A stretch of 64,000 bases of DNA, taken from NCBI GenBank assembly GCA_964608275.1, contig CAZSNL010000001.1:9088-73087 (forward strand), written 5' to 3'. Of the stretch, positions 54,246 to 63,833 are shown in pieces. The stretch is from an uncultured Hyphomicrobiales bacterium (GTDB lineage Bacteria; Pseudomonadota; Alphaproteobacteria; Rhizobiales; CAZSNL01). A program made the translations under genes and the position numbers. The notes beneath the pieces were generated by a model that saw only the letters and a list, made by a program, of their open reading frames with translations, was not told where the DNA came from and did not search any database. Within the stretch, counting starts at the first letter, position 1. The number at the start of each line of letters is the position of its first letter.

Positions 54246-55675
54246 TGGAATACTGGACGTTTCCGCCGGCCTACGATGACGGCTACCTGCCCGGCGCTGA
54301 CAGCCGCTACTGGTTCCCGGTGCGGGAAACCATGGATCCCGGCGAGCGGGAGCGGGCGATCCTCGAACGCCTGAAGCAGGTCACCCGTTACGCCTGGGAG
54401 AAGTCGCCGTTCTATCGCCGCAAGTGGGACGCGGCGGGATTCCACCCCGACCACCTGAAGTCGCTGGAGGACTTCGAGGACAAGGTGCCGGTCATCACCA
54501 AGGCCGACCTGCGCGAGGCCCAGGAACGAGCGCCGACGTTCGGCGATTATCTCTGCATCGGCGAAGATGAGGTGTTTCATATCCACGGCACGTCCGGGAC
54601 CACTGGCAACCCGACCGCGTTCGGCATCGGTCGCGGCGACTGGAATGCCATCGCCAATGCCCATGCCCGCATCATGTGGGCAATGGGTCTGCGGCCCGGA
54701 GACACCATATTCATCGCCGCCGTGTTCAGCCTCTATCTCGGGTCCTGGGGCGCGCTCATTGGCGCCGAACGGCTGGGGGCGCGCGCATTCCCGTTCGGTG
54801 CCGGTGCCTCCGGCATGTCGGCGCGGGCGGTTCAATGGATGCGCCGCTTCAAGCCGACCGCCTTCTACGGAACACCGTCCTATGCCATCCATCTGACCGA
54901 GGTGGCCGCGGAGGCCGGCATCGACCCGCGCGAGTTCGGGCTCAAGCTCCTGTTCTTCTCCGGCGAGCCCGGCGCCTCGATACCGGGCGTGCGGGACCGC
55001 ATTGCCGAGAGCTATGGTGCCCGCGTCATCGATTGCGGCTCGATGGCCGAGATGACGCCGTGGATGAACCTCGCCGGTACCGACGGGACCGACGGCATGG
55101 TGGTGTGGCAGGACGTGGTCTATACCCAGGTGTGCGACCCGAAGTCCTTCCGCCGGGTCGGCTACGGCGAGCGCGGAACGCCCGTCTACACGCACCTGGA
55201 ACGGACGTCACAGCCGATGATCCGTCTGGTCTCCGGCGACCTGACGCTGTGGCAGGATGGGCCTACTCCGTGCGGCCGCACCTACCCGCACCTGCCGAAC
55301 GGCGTTTTCGGCCGCATCGATGATGCGTTCACGGTGCGCGGCGAGAACATCTATCCGAGCGAGATCGATGCGGCGCTGAACGAACTCGAGGGCTACGGCG
55401 GCGAGCACCGCATCATCATCACCCGCGAGGCGGCCATGGACGAGCTGATCGTTCAGGTGGAGGCCAGCCGGGACATCTGTGCCGCGGGGGACGGGGCGAA
55501 ACGCCGGTTTGGCCAGACCGTGACCCAGGAGCTCAACAGGCTGCTGGGCATCCGTGCATCCGTGGAGGTGGTCGACGAGCAGACCATCCCGCGCACCGAC
55601 TTCAAGGCGCGCCGCGTGATCGACGATCGCGAGGTGTTCCGTCAGTTCGAACAGAAGCTGGGACCGAAGCCATGA
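54242..55675 (+). CDS. hcl: phenylacetate-CoA-ligase-like AMP-forming acyl-CoA ligase (2-hydroxyisobutyrate-CoA ligase candidate)
   Basis: The ATG at 54242 overlaps the upstream stop (ATGA). HGTSGTTGNPT (P-loop of the PaaK clade), YGTPSYAIHL, FTVRGENIYPSEID, TDFKARRVIDDRE. Confidence 0.75.
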   Translation: MMEYWTFPPAYDDGYLPGADSRYWFPVRETMDPGERERAILERLKQVTRYAWEKSPFYRRKWDAAGFHPDHLKSLEDFEDKVPVITKADLREAQERAPTFGDYLCIGEDEVFHIHGTSGTTGNPTAFGIGRGDWNAIANAHARIMWAMGLRPGDTIFIAAVFSLYLGSWGALIGAERLGARAFPFGAGASGMSARAVQWMRRFKPTAFYGTPSYAIHLTEVAAEAGIDPREFGLKLLFFSGEPGASIPGVRDRIAESYGARVIDCGSMAEMTPWMNLAGTDGTDGMVVWQDVVYTQVCDPKSFRRVGYGERGTPVYTHLERTSQPMIRLVSGDLTLWQDGPTPCGRTYPHLPNGVFGRIDDAFTVRGENIYPSEIDAALNELEGYGGEHRIIITREAAMDELIVQVEASRDICAAGDGAKRRFGQTVTQELNRLLGIRASVEVVDEQTIPRTDFKARRVIDDREVFRQFEQKLGPKP

Positions 55676-56670
55676 CCGCCGTACCGCCACTTCCCTCACT
55701 GGCCCTTGTCGAGGGCGTCCGCGCCGGCAAGGTGGCCGCGATCGCCCGGCTCATCTCGCGCGTCGAGGCGAACAGCGACGAGGTCGAAGAGGCACTCGCC
55801 GAGATCCACCGCCACACCGGGAAGGCGCACATCGTCGGCATCACCGGGGTTCCCGGCAGCGGCAAGTCGACCCTCATCGCCCAGCTGTGCCGGGCGGTGC
55901 GCGAGACCGGCCGCAAGGTCGGTGTCGTGGCCATCGATCCGACCAGCCCGTTCTCCGGTGGCGCTATCCTCGGCGACAGGATACGCATGAGCGACCTCAA
56001 CGCCGATCCCGACGTGTTCATCCGCTCGATGGCCACGCGCGGCGCCCTCGGCGGCCTCTCTCGCGCCACCGTGCCGGCGGTCGACGTACTGGACGCGGCG
56101 GGATACGAGGTCGTCATCATAGAAACCGTCGGCGTCGGCCAGGACGAGGTCGACGTGGTGAGGGCCGCGCACACCACGGTCGTGGTGTCCGCCCCGGGTC
56201 TCGGCGACGACATCCAGGCGATCAAGGCCGGTGTGCTGGAGATCGCCGACATCCATGTCGTTTCCAAATGCGACCGCCCCGACGCCAACCGGACGGTAAC
56301 TGAGCTGAAGAGCATGCTCGGGCTGGGCCTGAAGCTGGAGCAGGGCGGCGGCTGGCGGATCCCCGTGATCCCCACGAGCTCGGTCTCGGGCGAGGGAATC
56401 GACGAGTTGCTCTCCGCAATCGACGGGCACCTCCAGTCGATGAAGGAAAGCGGCGAGCTTGCAGAGCGTCTCCTCGCCATGGCGGAGATGCGCCTGCTCA
56501 AGTCGGCAGAGGGCATGCTGCGCGACCGCTTCGAGGCCGAACGCAAGGGCAAGGTGCGGTCCATCGCCGAGCGGATTATCCGCTTCGAACTTTCGCCACG
56601 GGCCGGTGCCCGCCTGCTGCTCGACGAGATACAGGGAGAGATCAATGGTCAAGGCAATGAACCCGCATGA
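55672..56670 (+). CDS. meaH: MeaB/ArgK-type G-protein chaperone for B12 mutases
   Basis: GITGVPGSGKSTLI (P-loop), VVAIDPTSPFSGGAILGDRIRM, IIETVGVGQDEVD, VVSKCDR. The start overlaps the ligase stop (ATGA). Confidence 0.85.
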   Translation: MTAVPPLPSLALVEGVRAGKVAAIARLISRVEANSDEVEEALAEIHRHTGKAHIVGITGVPGSGKSTLIAQLCRAVRETGRKVGVVAIDPTSPFSGGAILGDRIRMSDLNADPDVFIRSMATRGALGGLSRATVPAVDVLDAAGYEVVIIETVGVGQDEVDVVRAAHTTVVVSAPGLGDDIQAIKAGVLEIADIHVVSKCDRPDANRTVTELKSMLGLGLKLEQGGGWRIPVIPTSSVSGEGIDELLSAIDGHLQSMKESGELAERLLAMAEMRLLKSAEGMLRDRFEAERKGKVRSIAERIIRFELSPRAGARLLLDEIQGEINGQGNEPA

Positions 56671-58339
56671 CGATCTGAGCGAGATCGAGCGCTCGCTGGA
56701 AGACTGGGAGCGCGGCGAGCTTGCCGCGTTCCTGCAGCGACAGCCGGAACGGAAGGACGAGTTCCAGACCTACGGCGGTTTCCCGACCAAGCGCGTCTAT
56801 ACGCCTCTCGACGTGGCGGACATCCCGTACGAGGACATCGGCCTGCCCGGTCGCTATCCGTTCACCCGCGGGCCCTATCCCACCATGTACCGCGGCCGGA
56901 TCTGGACCATGCGCCAGATCGCGGGCTTCGGTACCGCGGAGGATACCAACGCACGCTTCAGGTATCTGATCGAGCAGGGCCAGACCGGGATTTCGACCGA
57001 CTTCGACATGCCGACGCTCATGGGCTACGACTCCGACCATCCGATGAGCGAGGGCGAGGTCGGACGCGAGGGCGTCGCCGTCGATACGCTCGCCGACATG
57101 GAGATCCTGTACGACGGCATCGACCTGGAGAACATCTCCGTGTCGATGACCATCAATCCGACGGCCTGGATCCTGCTGGCGATGTACGTGGCGCTGGCCG
57201 AGAAGCGGGGTCTCGACCTCAACCGGCTGTCGGGAACCATCCAGGCCGATATCCTGAAAGAGTATATCGCGCAGAAGGAGTGGATCTTCCCGATTGCGCC
57301 ATCGGTCCGGATCGTGCGCGACTGCATCACCTGGTCGGCGCGCAACATGAAGCGCTACAACCCGATCAACATCTCCGGCTACCACATCTCCGAAGCGGGC
57401 GCGTCGCCGGTCCAGGAAGTCGCCTTCACGCTCGCCAACACCATCACCTACGTCGAGGAAGTCACGAAGACGGGCATGGACGTCGACGAGTTCGCGCCAA
57501 GGCTCTCGTTCTTCTTCGTCTGCCAGGCCGATTTCTTCGAGGAGGTGGCCAAGTTCCGTGCCGCAAGACGGTGCTACGCAAAGATCATGAAGGAGCGCTT
57601 CGGCGCCAAGGACCCGGCGTCGATGCGGCTCAGGTTCCATTGCCAGACGGCTGCGGCAAGCCTCACCAAGCCGCAATACAAGATCAACATCGTCCGCACC
57701 GGGCTGCAGGCGCTTGCCGCGGTGCTCGGCGGCGCCCAGAGCCTGCATACCAACGGCATGGACGAGGCCTTCGCGATCCCGACCGAGGAGGCGATGAAGA
57801 TCGCGCTGCGGACCCAGCAGATCATTGCCCATGAGACGCGCGTCGCCGACGTCATCGATCCGCTGGGAGGCTCGTACTACGTCGAATCGCTGACCAGCCA
57901 GTACGAGAAGGCGATCTTCGCGATCCTTGACGAGATCGACGCCAAGGGCGGAACGATCAAGCTCATCAACGAAGGCTGGTTCCAGCGGCACATTGCGGAC
58001 TTCGCCTACGAAACGGCAATCCGGAAGCAGGACGGCGAACACCCGGTGGTAGGCGTCAACTGCTACGTCGAGGGCGAGGAGCAGCACGACATCGAGATCC
58101 ACCCCTACGATCCGACGACGGCGGAACGCCAGATCGCCCGGCTGAACCATGTCCGTGCCACCCGCAACGAGGCGGAGGTGCAAGGCCTGCTGGAGCGGCT
58201 CAAGGCGGTCGCCCGCGACGAGAGCGAGAACATCATGCCGGTCACGATCGACCTCGTCCGGGCCGGCGCCACGATGGGCGACATAGTCGAGACACTGAAG
58301 ACCGTCTGGGGGACCTACCGCGAAAACCCGGTGTTCTGA
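56645..58339 (+). CDS. hcmA: acyl-CoA mutase large (substrate-binding) subunit with 2-hydroxyisobutyryl-CoA mutase signature residues
   Basis: GRYPFTRGPYPTMYRGRIWTMRQIAGFGT has Ile at 56918-56920, where methylmalonyl-CoA mutase has Tyr and isobutyryl-CoA mutase has Phe. GISTDFDMPT has Asp at 56999-57001. C-terminus GATMGDIVETLKTVWGTYRENPVF. The start is 56645 or 56657, overlapping meaH. Confidence 0.85.
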   Translation: MVKAMNPHDDLSEIERSLEDWERGELAAFLQRQPERKDEFQTYGGFPTKRVYTPLDVADIPYEDIGLPGRYPFTRGPYPTMYRGRIWTMRQIAGFGTAEDTNARFRYLIEQGQTGISTDFDMPTLMGYDSDHPMSEGEVGREGVAVDTLADMEILYDGIDLENISVSMTINPTAWILLAMYVALAEKRGLDLNRLSGTIQADILKEYIAQKEWIFPIAPSVRIVRDCITWSARNMKRYNPINISGYHISEAGASPVQEVAFTLANTITYVEEVTKTGMDVDEFAPRLSFFFVCQADFFEEVAKFRAARRCYAKIMKERFGAKDPASMRLRFHCQTAAASLTKPQYKINIVRTGLQALAAVLGGAQSLHTNGMDEAFAIPTEEAMKIALRTQQIIAHETRVADVIDPLGGSYYVESLTSQYEKAIFAILDEIDAKGGTIKLINEGWFQRHIADFAYETAIRKQDGEHPVVGVNCYVEGEEQHDIEIHPYDPTTAERQIARLNHVRATRNEAEVQGLLERLKAVARDESENIMPVTIDLVRAGATMGDIVETLKTVWGTYRENPVF

Positions 58340-58492
58340 TGTCGCGCAGCGGGCGGTAGTGCCACGCACATGGCAGACTGTCGACGGCATCGCGCATCTC
58401 GCCGCCGTGGACGTGCGGCTCCCATCGCTTGCCGATGCGCTGCCGCACCGTTATTGCCCGGTGAGCGATGAGGCAACGACGAGGAGCAGGCG

Positions 58493-59320
58493 ATGATCGA
58501 AACCGTGCGCAGTGTCGTCCACCCGTGGGAATGTGACGCGGTCGAGCATTTCACCACCGCCTACTATTACCGCGCCTTCGGGTGGGCAGGCTGGCACCTG
58601 CTGCAGCGCCTCGGTCACGATGCGGCGGCCATCGCCGCTCTGCGACCGGTGAGCTGCCGCACCCGGTTCCTGCAGGAGCTGCGGGCCGGCGATGCCTACC
58701 ACATCACCTCGGGCATCGTCGAAGCCGGCGGAGGGGCCCTCGTGCTCGGTCACAGGCTGTTCAATTCGGAAACCGGGGAAACGGCCGCGACGCATGCCGA
58801 ACGCCGCGAGGGACCGACGCGCAGCCGCTACGATCCCGGCCTTGCAGCGGAGCTGGACGAGACGAAGCCTGTGGGGGAAGTGGATTTCGAACGGCTGGAC
58901 ATGTGGTCGACCACCGCCATGACCATTGTCAAGGCGAGCGACCTCGACCACACTGGACAGTTCGGCCTCGATGCGCTGATCCACCATGCATCCGACGCCA
59001 ACGTCCAGTTCCAGAACATGATCGCGATGACCTCCAGCTACATGCACGAGAATCGCATCGGGTTTGCCACGGCGGAGTACCAGATCGCACTCGGCCCGCT
59101 GCCCCGGGCCATCGGAACGGTGGTGGAAACGAAGAGTGCGCTCGCCCATCTCGGGAGAACGTCGCTGTGGATGGCGCATCGGGCGACGGACTGCGCGACC
59201 GGCGAGACGGTGGCCAGGATCGCGCAGTTCGGCGTCCACCTCGACCGCAGGGCCCGCCGCCCCGCCGAGATCCCGCCGCACATCCGGGAAGCCGCCTCCG
59301 CCCGCCTCGTGACGGCCTGA
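58493..59320 (+). CDS. tandem hotdog-fold acyl-CoA thioesterase (two 4HBT-like halves)
   Basis: The two halves each begin with a thioesterase-like string: SVVHPWECDAVEHFTTAYYY and MTIVKASDLDHTGQFGLDALIHHASDA. 275 aa is consistent with a double hotdog. Confidence 0.65.
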   Translation: MIETVRSVVHPWECDAVEHFTTAYYYRAFGWAGWHLLQRLGHDAAAIAALRPVSCRTRFLQELRAGDAYHITSGIVEAGGGALVLGHRLFNSETGETAATHAERREGPTRSRYDPGLAAELDETKPVGEVDFERLDMWSTTAMTIVKASDLDHTGQFGLDALIHHASDANVQFQNMIAMTSSYMHENRIGFATAEYQIALGPLPRAIGTVVETKSALAHLGRTSLWMAHRATDCATGETVARIAQFGVHLDRRARRPAEIPPHIREAASARLVTA

Positions 59321-59329
59321 TCTCCGCCG

Positions 59330-61387
59330 CTATACGCCGAACGGAAATGTCTCGCGTGGATGCGCTCCGTGCTGCCTTGCGTCGGCCGGGACGGTGACGG
59401 CCCGGGTCTCCTCGATCCACACGAAGGCGTCGAACTGACGGGCGAGTTCCGCCTCGAAGTAATGTGACATGAGCTCGCTCTCCGGCCGGTAGACGACACC
59501 GATGGCCCGCTCGAGCAGCGGCTGGGCGAGGGTATCGCGTATGTCGCGGCGCTGATCTTCACCGAAATCGGCGAGGAAGGCCGGAATCCCGGTGTTATGG
59601 CAGCGACCTTCGAACGAGTCGTCGCGGGCCGGATTGACGCGCTTGATCTCCATCGGCCGGTCCCAGCTCGAGGCGGCGGCAACGGTTCCGCGATCGGTTC
59701 CGAAGCCGACCAGTACCGCGGCCTCGCCGAACCGCTCGCGGATTAGCTGGCCGATGTTGTGTTCGCCCCTGATCTGGCCCATTTCGGTGTGGCGCGCATC
59801 GCCGATGTGCGAGTTGTGCGCCCAGACGACGGCCCTGGACTGCGGTCCGCGATGATCGAGGATCCGCTCGAGCGTGTCGAACATGTGCTGGTCGCGAAGG
59901 TTCCAGGCGTCGGCGTCGCCATAATAGATCGCGCGGTAGTAGGCTTCCGCGCTGGCGACTATGCGGGCATTCTGCTCGGCCGAGAACAACGCGTCGCCAT
60001 TTTCGACGAGGTAGGCGAGTCGCTGATCGAGGAGGTCGATCAGCGTCCTGGTTACCTCTTCCTCGCAGGTTCTGAATCCCGGTGTCAGTGCCATGCGGCC
60101 GTAGCCCGCCGGCTCGTTGCGCCACGGCGTGAGGCAGCCATAGCGTTCGCGCGCGACCCGGGCGGCGTCCGGGTCCACACGGTCGAGGTAATCGAGCACA
60201 GCCTCGATCGACGCACCGAGCGAGTAGATGTCGAGACCGTAGAAGCCTGCCCTGGCGCTCGGATCGGCAAACTCGTCGTTGATCGCGGCGAGACGCTCCA
60301 GGAACCGATAAACTTCCGCATTACGCCACATCCACTGCGGGAAGCGGCGAAACGCCTTGTCGGCATCCTCCGGTCGCCGTCGTCTGCGGACATGGGCATC
60401 GTAGATCGCGGCGTCGGGCCAGTCTGCTTCGACTGCGACGATGTTGAAGCCGTGATCGCGCACCAGCCGTTCGGTGATGTACGCCCTAGCCTCGTAGAAC
60501 TCGGCTGTGCCGTGGGTCGCCTCGCCGAGTGCAACGATGCGCCGGTCGGCGTAGCGTTCGGTCAGGCGTGCCAGTGCGTCGAAGTCGGCGAAGGGTTCGG
60601 CGGCTTCTACGAATGCGGTGACCACCGGATCACGCCCGCGCCCCGGCGCCAGCCGCTTCTTGAGGCCGGCCAGAACACCCGAATGCCCCGTTTCGCCCGC
60701 CGCGGTCGTTGCCGGTCGGGAGGCGGAATGCTCGTCGTCGTCCCGCCAGCCGTGTTCACCGACCAGCGGCACGAAGGCGACCGCCCCGTGGTCCTCCTCC
60801 TCGAACTGATCGGGGCCCGTGCGGTGCACCACGACAAGGCGTTGAACCGTCCGCTTGCCGACGGGCAGGACCAGCCGGCCGCCGACGGCAAGCTGATCGC
60901 GCAGGGTCTCCGGAACGTCCGGTCCCCCCGCTGCCACCAGAATGGCGTCGAAGGGAGCCTTTTCCGGCAGCCCGCGGGTTCCGTCGCCGTGGATGATGGT
61001 GACATTGTCATAGCCAAGTGCCTGCATCCGCCGGCGTGCCAGCGAGGCGAGCTCGGCATGACGTTCGATCGCGTAGACTTCCTTGGCGATCCTGCCCATC
61101 ACCGCCGCCGCGTAACCCGAACCGGCTCCGATCTCGAGCACGCGGTCGCCGGGCGATACCCTGGCGAGTTCGACCATGTGGGCAACGATGTAGGGCTGGG
61201 AGATGGTCTGTCCGGCCTCGATCGGCAGCGGTGCGTCCTCGTAGGCAAACTCGCGCAGCGACTCGGAGACGAATTCCTCGCGCGGTACTTCGCGCATCGC
61301 CGCCAGGACCCGCTCGTCGCGTACTCCGCGCCCGGCGATCTGACGTTCCACCATGCGCTCGCGCGCCTTCGCCAGTTCCTGCGGCAC
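59330..61387 (-). CDS. pcm: fusion protein: protein-L-isoaspartate O-methyltransferase (N-terminal) + erythromycin esterase/ChaN-like domain (C-terminal)
   Basis: N-terminal strings MVERQIAGRGVRDERVLAAMREVPREEF, GQTISQPYIVAHM, VLEIGAGSGYAAAVM (SAM motif I). C-terminal strings IVALGEATHGTAEFY, VAVEADWPDA, VVWAHNSHIGDAR are typical of the erythromycin-esterase family. Confidence 0.85.
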   Translation of the reverse strand: MPQELAKARERMVERQIAGRGVRDERVLAAMREVPREEFVSESLREFAYEDAPLPIEAGQTISQPYIVAHMVELARVSPGDRVLEIGAGSGYAAAVMGRIAKEVYAIERHAELASLARRRMQALGYDNVTIIHGDGTRGLPEKAPFDAILVAAGGPDVPETLRDQLAVGGRLVLPVGKRTVQRLVVVHRTGPDQFEEEDHGAVAFVPLVGEHGWRDDDEHSASRPATTAAGETGHSGVLAGLKKRLAPGRGRDPVVTAFVEAAEPFADFDALARLTERYADRRIVALGEATHGTAEFYEARAYITERLVRDHGFNIVAVEADWPDAAIYDAHVRRRRRPEDADKAFRRFPQWMWRNAEVYRFLERLAAINDEFADPSARAGFYGLDIYSLGASIEAVLDYLDRVDPDAARVARERYGCLTPWRNEPAGYGRMALTPGFRTCEEEVTRTLIDLLDQRLAYLVENGDALFSAEQNARIVASAEAYYRAIYYGDADAWNLRDQHMFDTLERILDHRGPQSRAVVWAHNSHIGDARHTEMGQIRGEHNIGQLIRERFGEAAVLVGFGTDRGTVAAASSWDRPMEIKRVNPARDDSFEGRCHNTGIPAFLADFGEDQRRDIRDTLAQPLLERAIGVVYRPESELMSHYFEAELARQFDAFVWIEETRAVTVPADARQHGAHPRETFPFGV

Positions 61388-61469
61388 TGCCTGCTCCGCC
61401 TGTCAACCGGTCCTGCACCCAACGCCTGAGCACGGCAAATGTTCTGACCCGCAAGGCGGTCTCATTGTA

Positions 61470-62240
61470 CTACCTGTCGGTTTCGTCGCGCTTCAGGCCC
61501 TTCAGCCAGTCGGCGATCTCCATCGGGAAGGGAAACACGATCGTGGAATTCTTCTCGCTGCCGATGACGGTCAGCGCACCGAGATATCTGAGTTGCATCG
61601 CCTCGGGGCGCTGCGCCAGGATGTTGGCCGCCTCGAGGAGGCTTTGCGCCGCCTGTTGCTCGCCGAGGGCGTTGATCACCTTGGCTCGTCGCTCGCGTTC
61701 GGCCTCGGCCTGGCGGGCAATGGCGCGGACCATCGATTCGTCGATGTCGACATGCTTGATCTCGACATTGGCAACCTTGATCCCCCAGGCGTCGGTCTGT
61801 GCGTCGAGGATCTCCTGGATGTCGTTGTTGAGCTTGTCGCGTTCGGCCAGCATCGCATCGAGATCGTGCTTGCCGAGTACCGAGCGCAGCGTTGTCTGGG
61901 CGAGCTGGCTCGTGGCCGTCATGTAGTCCTCGACCTGGATGGTGGCCCGCGCCGGATCGATGACGCGGAAGTAGATCACCGCATTGACCCGTACGGAGAC
62001 GTTGTCGCGGCTGATCACGTCCTGGGTCGGTACATCGAGGACCAGGACGCGCAGGTCCATTCGCACCATCTGCTGGATGAACGGAATCAGAATGATCAGG
62101 CCCGGTCCCTTGACGCTGGTGAATCGGCCGAGGGTGAACACCACGCCGCGCTCGTACTCGCGCAGGATCTTGATCGCTGTCGCCAGGAAGGCGACCACGA
62201 TGATGGCAATCGCCAGATAGAAGCTGATGTCCTCGAACAT
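61470..62240 (-). CDS. SPFH/Band 7 (stomatin-like, slipin) family protein
   Basis: N-terminal TM, then [13 protein letters not shown]...[11 protein letters not shown]...[26 protein letters not shown]...TLRSVLG...ER. Confidence 0.9.
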   Translation of the reverse strand: MFEDISFYLAIAIIVVAFLATAIKILREYERGVVFTLGRFTSVKGPGLIILIPFIQQMVRMDLRVLVLDVPTQDVISRDNVSVRVNAVIYFRVIDPARATIQVEDYMTATSQLAQTTLRSVLGKHDLDAMLAERDKLNNDIQEILDAQTDAWGIKVANVEIKHVDIDESMVRAIARQAEAERERRAKVINALGEQQAAQSLLEAANILAQRPEAMQLRYLGALTVIGSEKNSTIVFPFPMEIADWLKGLKRDETDR

Positions 62241-62255
62241 GGTCGTTTCCTCTGT

Positions 62256-63710
62256 TTATTGATTGACGTCGGCCGCGGGTTCGACCTCAAGGGTAAGGCC
62301 ATCGAGCGAAAGCACCCGCACCGTCTGGCCCTTTCGAAGCGGGGCCTTCGACACCGCCTTCCAGCGTTCGCCGTGGACGAGGATGTAGCCCCTGTTGCCG
62401 CGCCATTCCGACACCTCCCCGGTGCTGCCGATCATCTGTTCACGGCCGCTCACGACCTTGCGGCGATGCGCCCCGACCGCCAGCGGTACCACGAACAGGG
62501 TGAACGCAAGGCCCATAAGGGCAATCGCCCCGATCACCGGCCACGAAACCTGGAACGCGGGCTGTTCGGTATCGATCAGGATGGCCGCCCCAAGCGCGAG
62601 TGCGATGGTGCCGCCGATACCCAGAATGCCGAACGTCGGAGTGAAGGCTTCGGCAACGATCAGGACAAGGCCGAGAAGCATCAGCCCGATCCCGGTGTAG
62701 TCGAGCGGCAGCGCCGCGAGCGCGTACAGCCCCAACAGAAGGCAGATCGCTCCGATGGTTCCCGGATAGAGGGCGCCGGGATTGAGGAACTCGAAGATCA
62801 GGCCGTAGATGCCGATCATCATCAGGATCAGGGCGATGTTGGGATTGGTGATGACGGCAAGGAGTTCGGTGCGCCAGTCGGGTTCGATGCGTTCGATGGC
62901 AATGGCCCCGGTCGCGAGCCTCACCTCCTGTCCTGCTACATTGACGATCCGGCCATCCAACTGTGCCAGGAGTTTCTGCAGGTTGGCCGCGGTGAGGTCG
63001 ATGACACCGCGGTCGAGAGCGGCTTCGGCCGACAGGCTGGCCGCCAGACGGACCGAGTCTTCCGCCCAGTCGGCGTTGCGCCCCCGCATTTCGGCGAGCG
63101 AGCGGATGTAGGCCACCGCATCGTTGATCGCCTTGCGTTCCGAGGCATTGCCCGGTTGCGGTGACGCGGTTTCCGGGTCGTCCTGTGCGTCCTGGCCGTC
63201 GCCTCCCGGCTTCTTGTCCTTCTTGTCGTCGTCTCCGCCGCCGAACGGCAATCCGCCGCCGCCAATCTGAACCGGCGTGGCGGCACCGAGGTTGGTGCCC
63301 GGAGCCATGGCGGCGACGTGGCTGGCATAGAGGATGTAGGTGCCGGCGCTCGCGGCCCGGGCGCCGCTCGGCGCGACGTAGGTGACGACAGGGACAGGTG
63401 AAGCAAGGATGGCGCGAATGATTTCGCGCATGGACGTATCCAGGCCGCCCGGTGTGTCCATCCGCAGGATGACGAGTTGCGCACCGCTCTTGCCGGCGCC
63501 CTCGATGCTCCTGACAATGAAGTCCGCCATGGCCGGTCCGATGGCGCCGTCCACGTCAAGGACGAAGGCACTTCCGGTTCGATTATCCTGCGCCATGGCA
63601 AGCGGTGTAGATGCCGCAAGCCCCTGAAGGACCGCGCCGAGGATGGCCAGCCATGAGAGTGCAGCCAATGCAGACCGTCCGCGATCGCGTCTTTGGACGC
63701 CCTTCCTCAT
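62256..63710 (-). CDS. NfeD family membrane-bound ClpP-class serine protease (long form)
   Basis: Signal peptide, ClpP-like domain LVILRMDTPGGLDTSMREI...YVAPSGARAASAGTYI, central membrane segments, and a C-terminal OB-like GYILVHGERWKAVS. Its stop is 15 nt before the SPFH start. Confidence 0.85.
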   Translation of the reverse strand: MRKGVQRRDRGRSALAALSWLAILGAVLQGLAASTPLAMAQDNRTGSAFVLDVDGAIGPAMADFIVRSIEGAGKSGAQLVILRMDTPGGLDTSMREIIRAILASPVPVVTYVAPSGARAASAGTYILYASHVAAMAPGTNLGAATPVQIGGGGLPFGGGDDDKKDKKPGGDGQDAQDDPETASPQPGNASERKAINDAVAYIRSLAEMRGRNADWAEDSVRLAASLSAEAALDRGVIDLTAANLQKLLAQLDGRIVNVAGQEVRLATGAIAIERIEPDWRTELLAVITNPNIALILMMIGIYGLIFEFLNPGALYPGTIGAICLLLGLYALAALPLDYTGIGLMLLGLVLIVAEAFTPTFGILGIGGTIALALGAAILIDTEQPAFQVSWPVIGAIALMGLAFTLFVVPLAVGAHRRKVVSGREQMIGSTGEVSEWRGNRGYILVHGERWKAVSKAPLRKGQTVRVLSLDGLTLEVEPAADVNQ

Positions 63711-63833
63711 GGCTACAATCTATGACGCGACCGGGCCCGGGTTAAGGGTAACGCCCGCCCGTATCTGCTGTTGCCGGTTCTCCGGACACCGATTTTCGCT
63801 TGCGCGCAAGGAAGCCGAAGGTGGTTCCCCATA

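Noticed and set aside
52060-58339. Annotating the B12 mutase as methylmalonyl-CoA mutase (Mcm/Sbm) or isobutyryl-CoA mutase.
   Set aside because: The pocket residues are Ile and Asp, rather than the Tyr/Arg-type or Phe/Gln-type pairs. The operon contains a PaaK-like ligase instead of epimerase or carboxylase partners.
706-63164. Many long ORFs in the track that lie antisense to, or out of frame with, the genes called here. Examples: 706..2064 +, 1977..3149 +, 6535..7569 -, 7900..9450 -, 11636..12643 -, 12516..13706 -, 14953..16641 -, 19884..21044 +, 21383..22756 +, 41287..42420 -, 52191..53261 -, 53942..55195 -, 56642..58390 -, 59759..61429 +, 61353..63164 +.
   Set aside because: Their translations are Arg/Ala/Gly/Pro-rich with no recognisable domains, as expected for shadow frames in GC-rich DNA. 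In every case the overlapping frame encodes a protein with clear family signatures.
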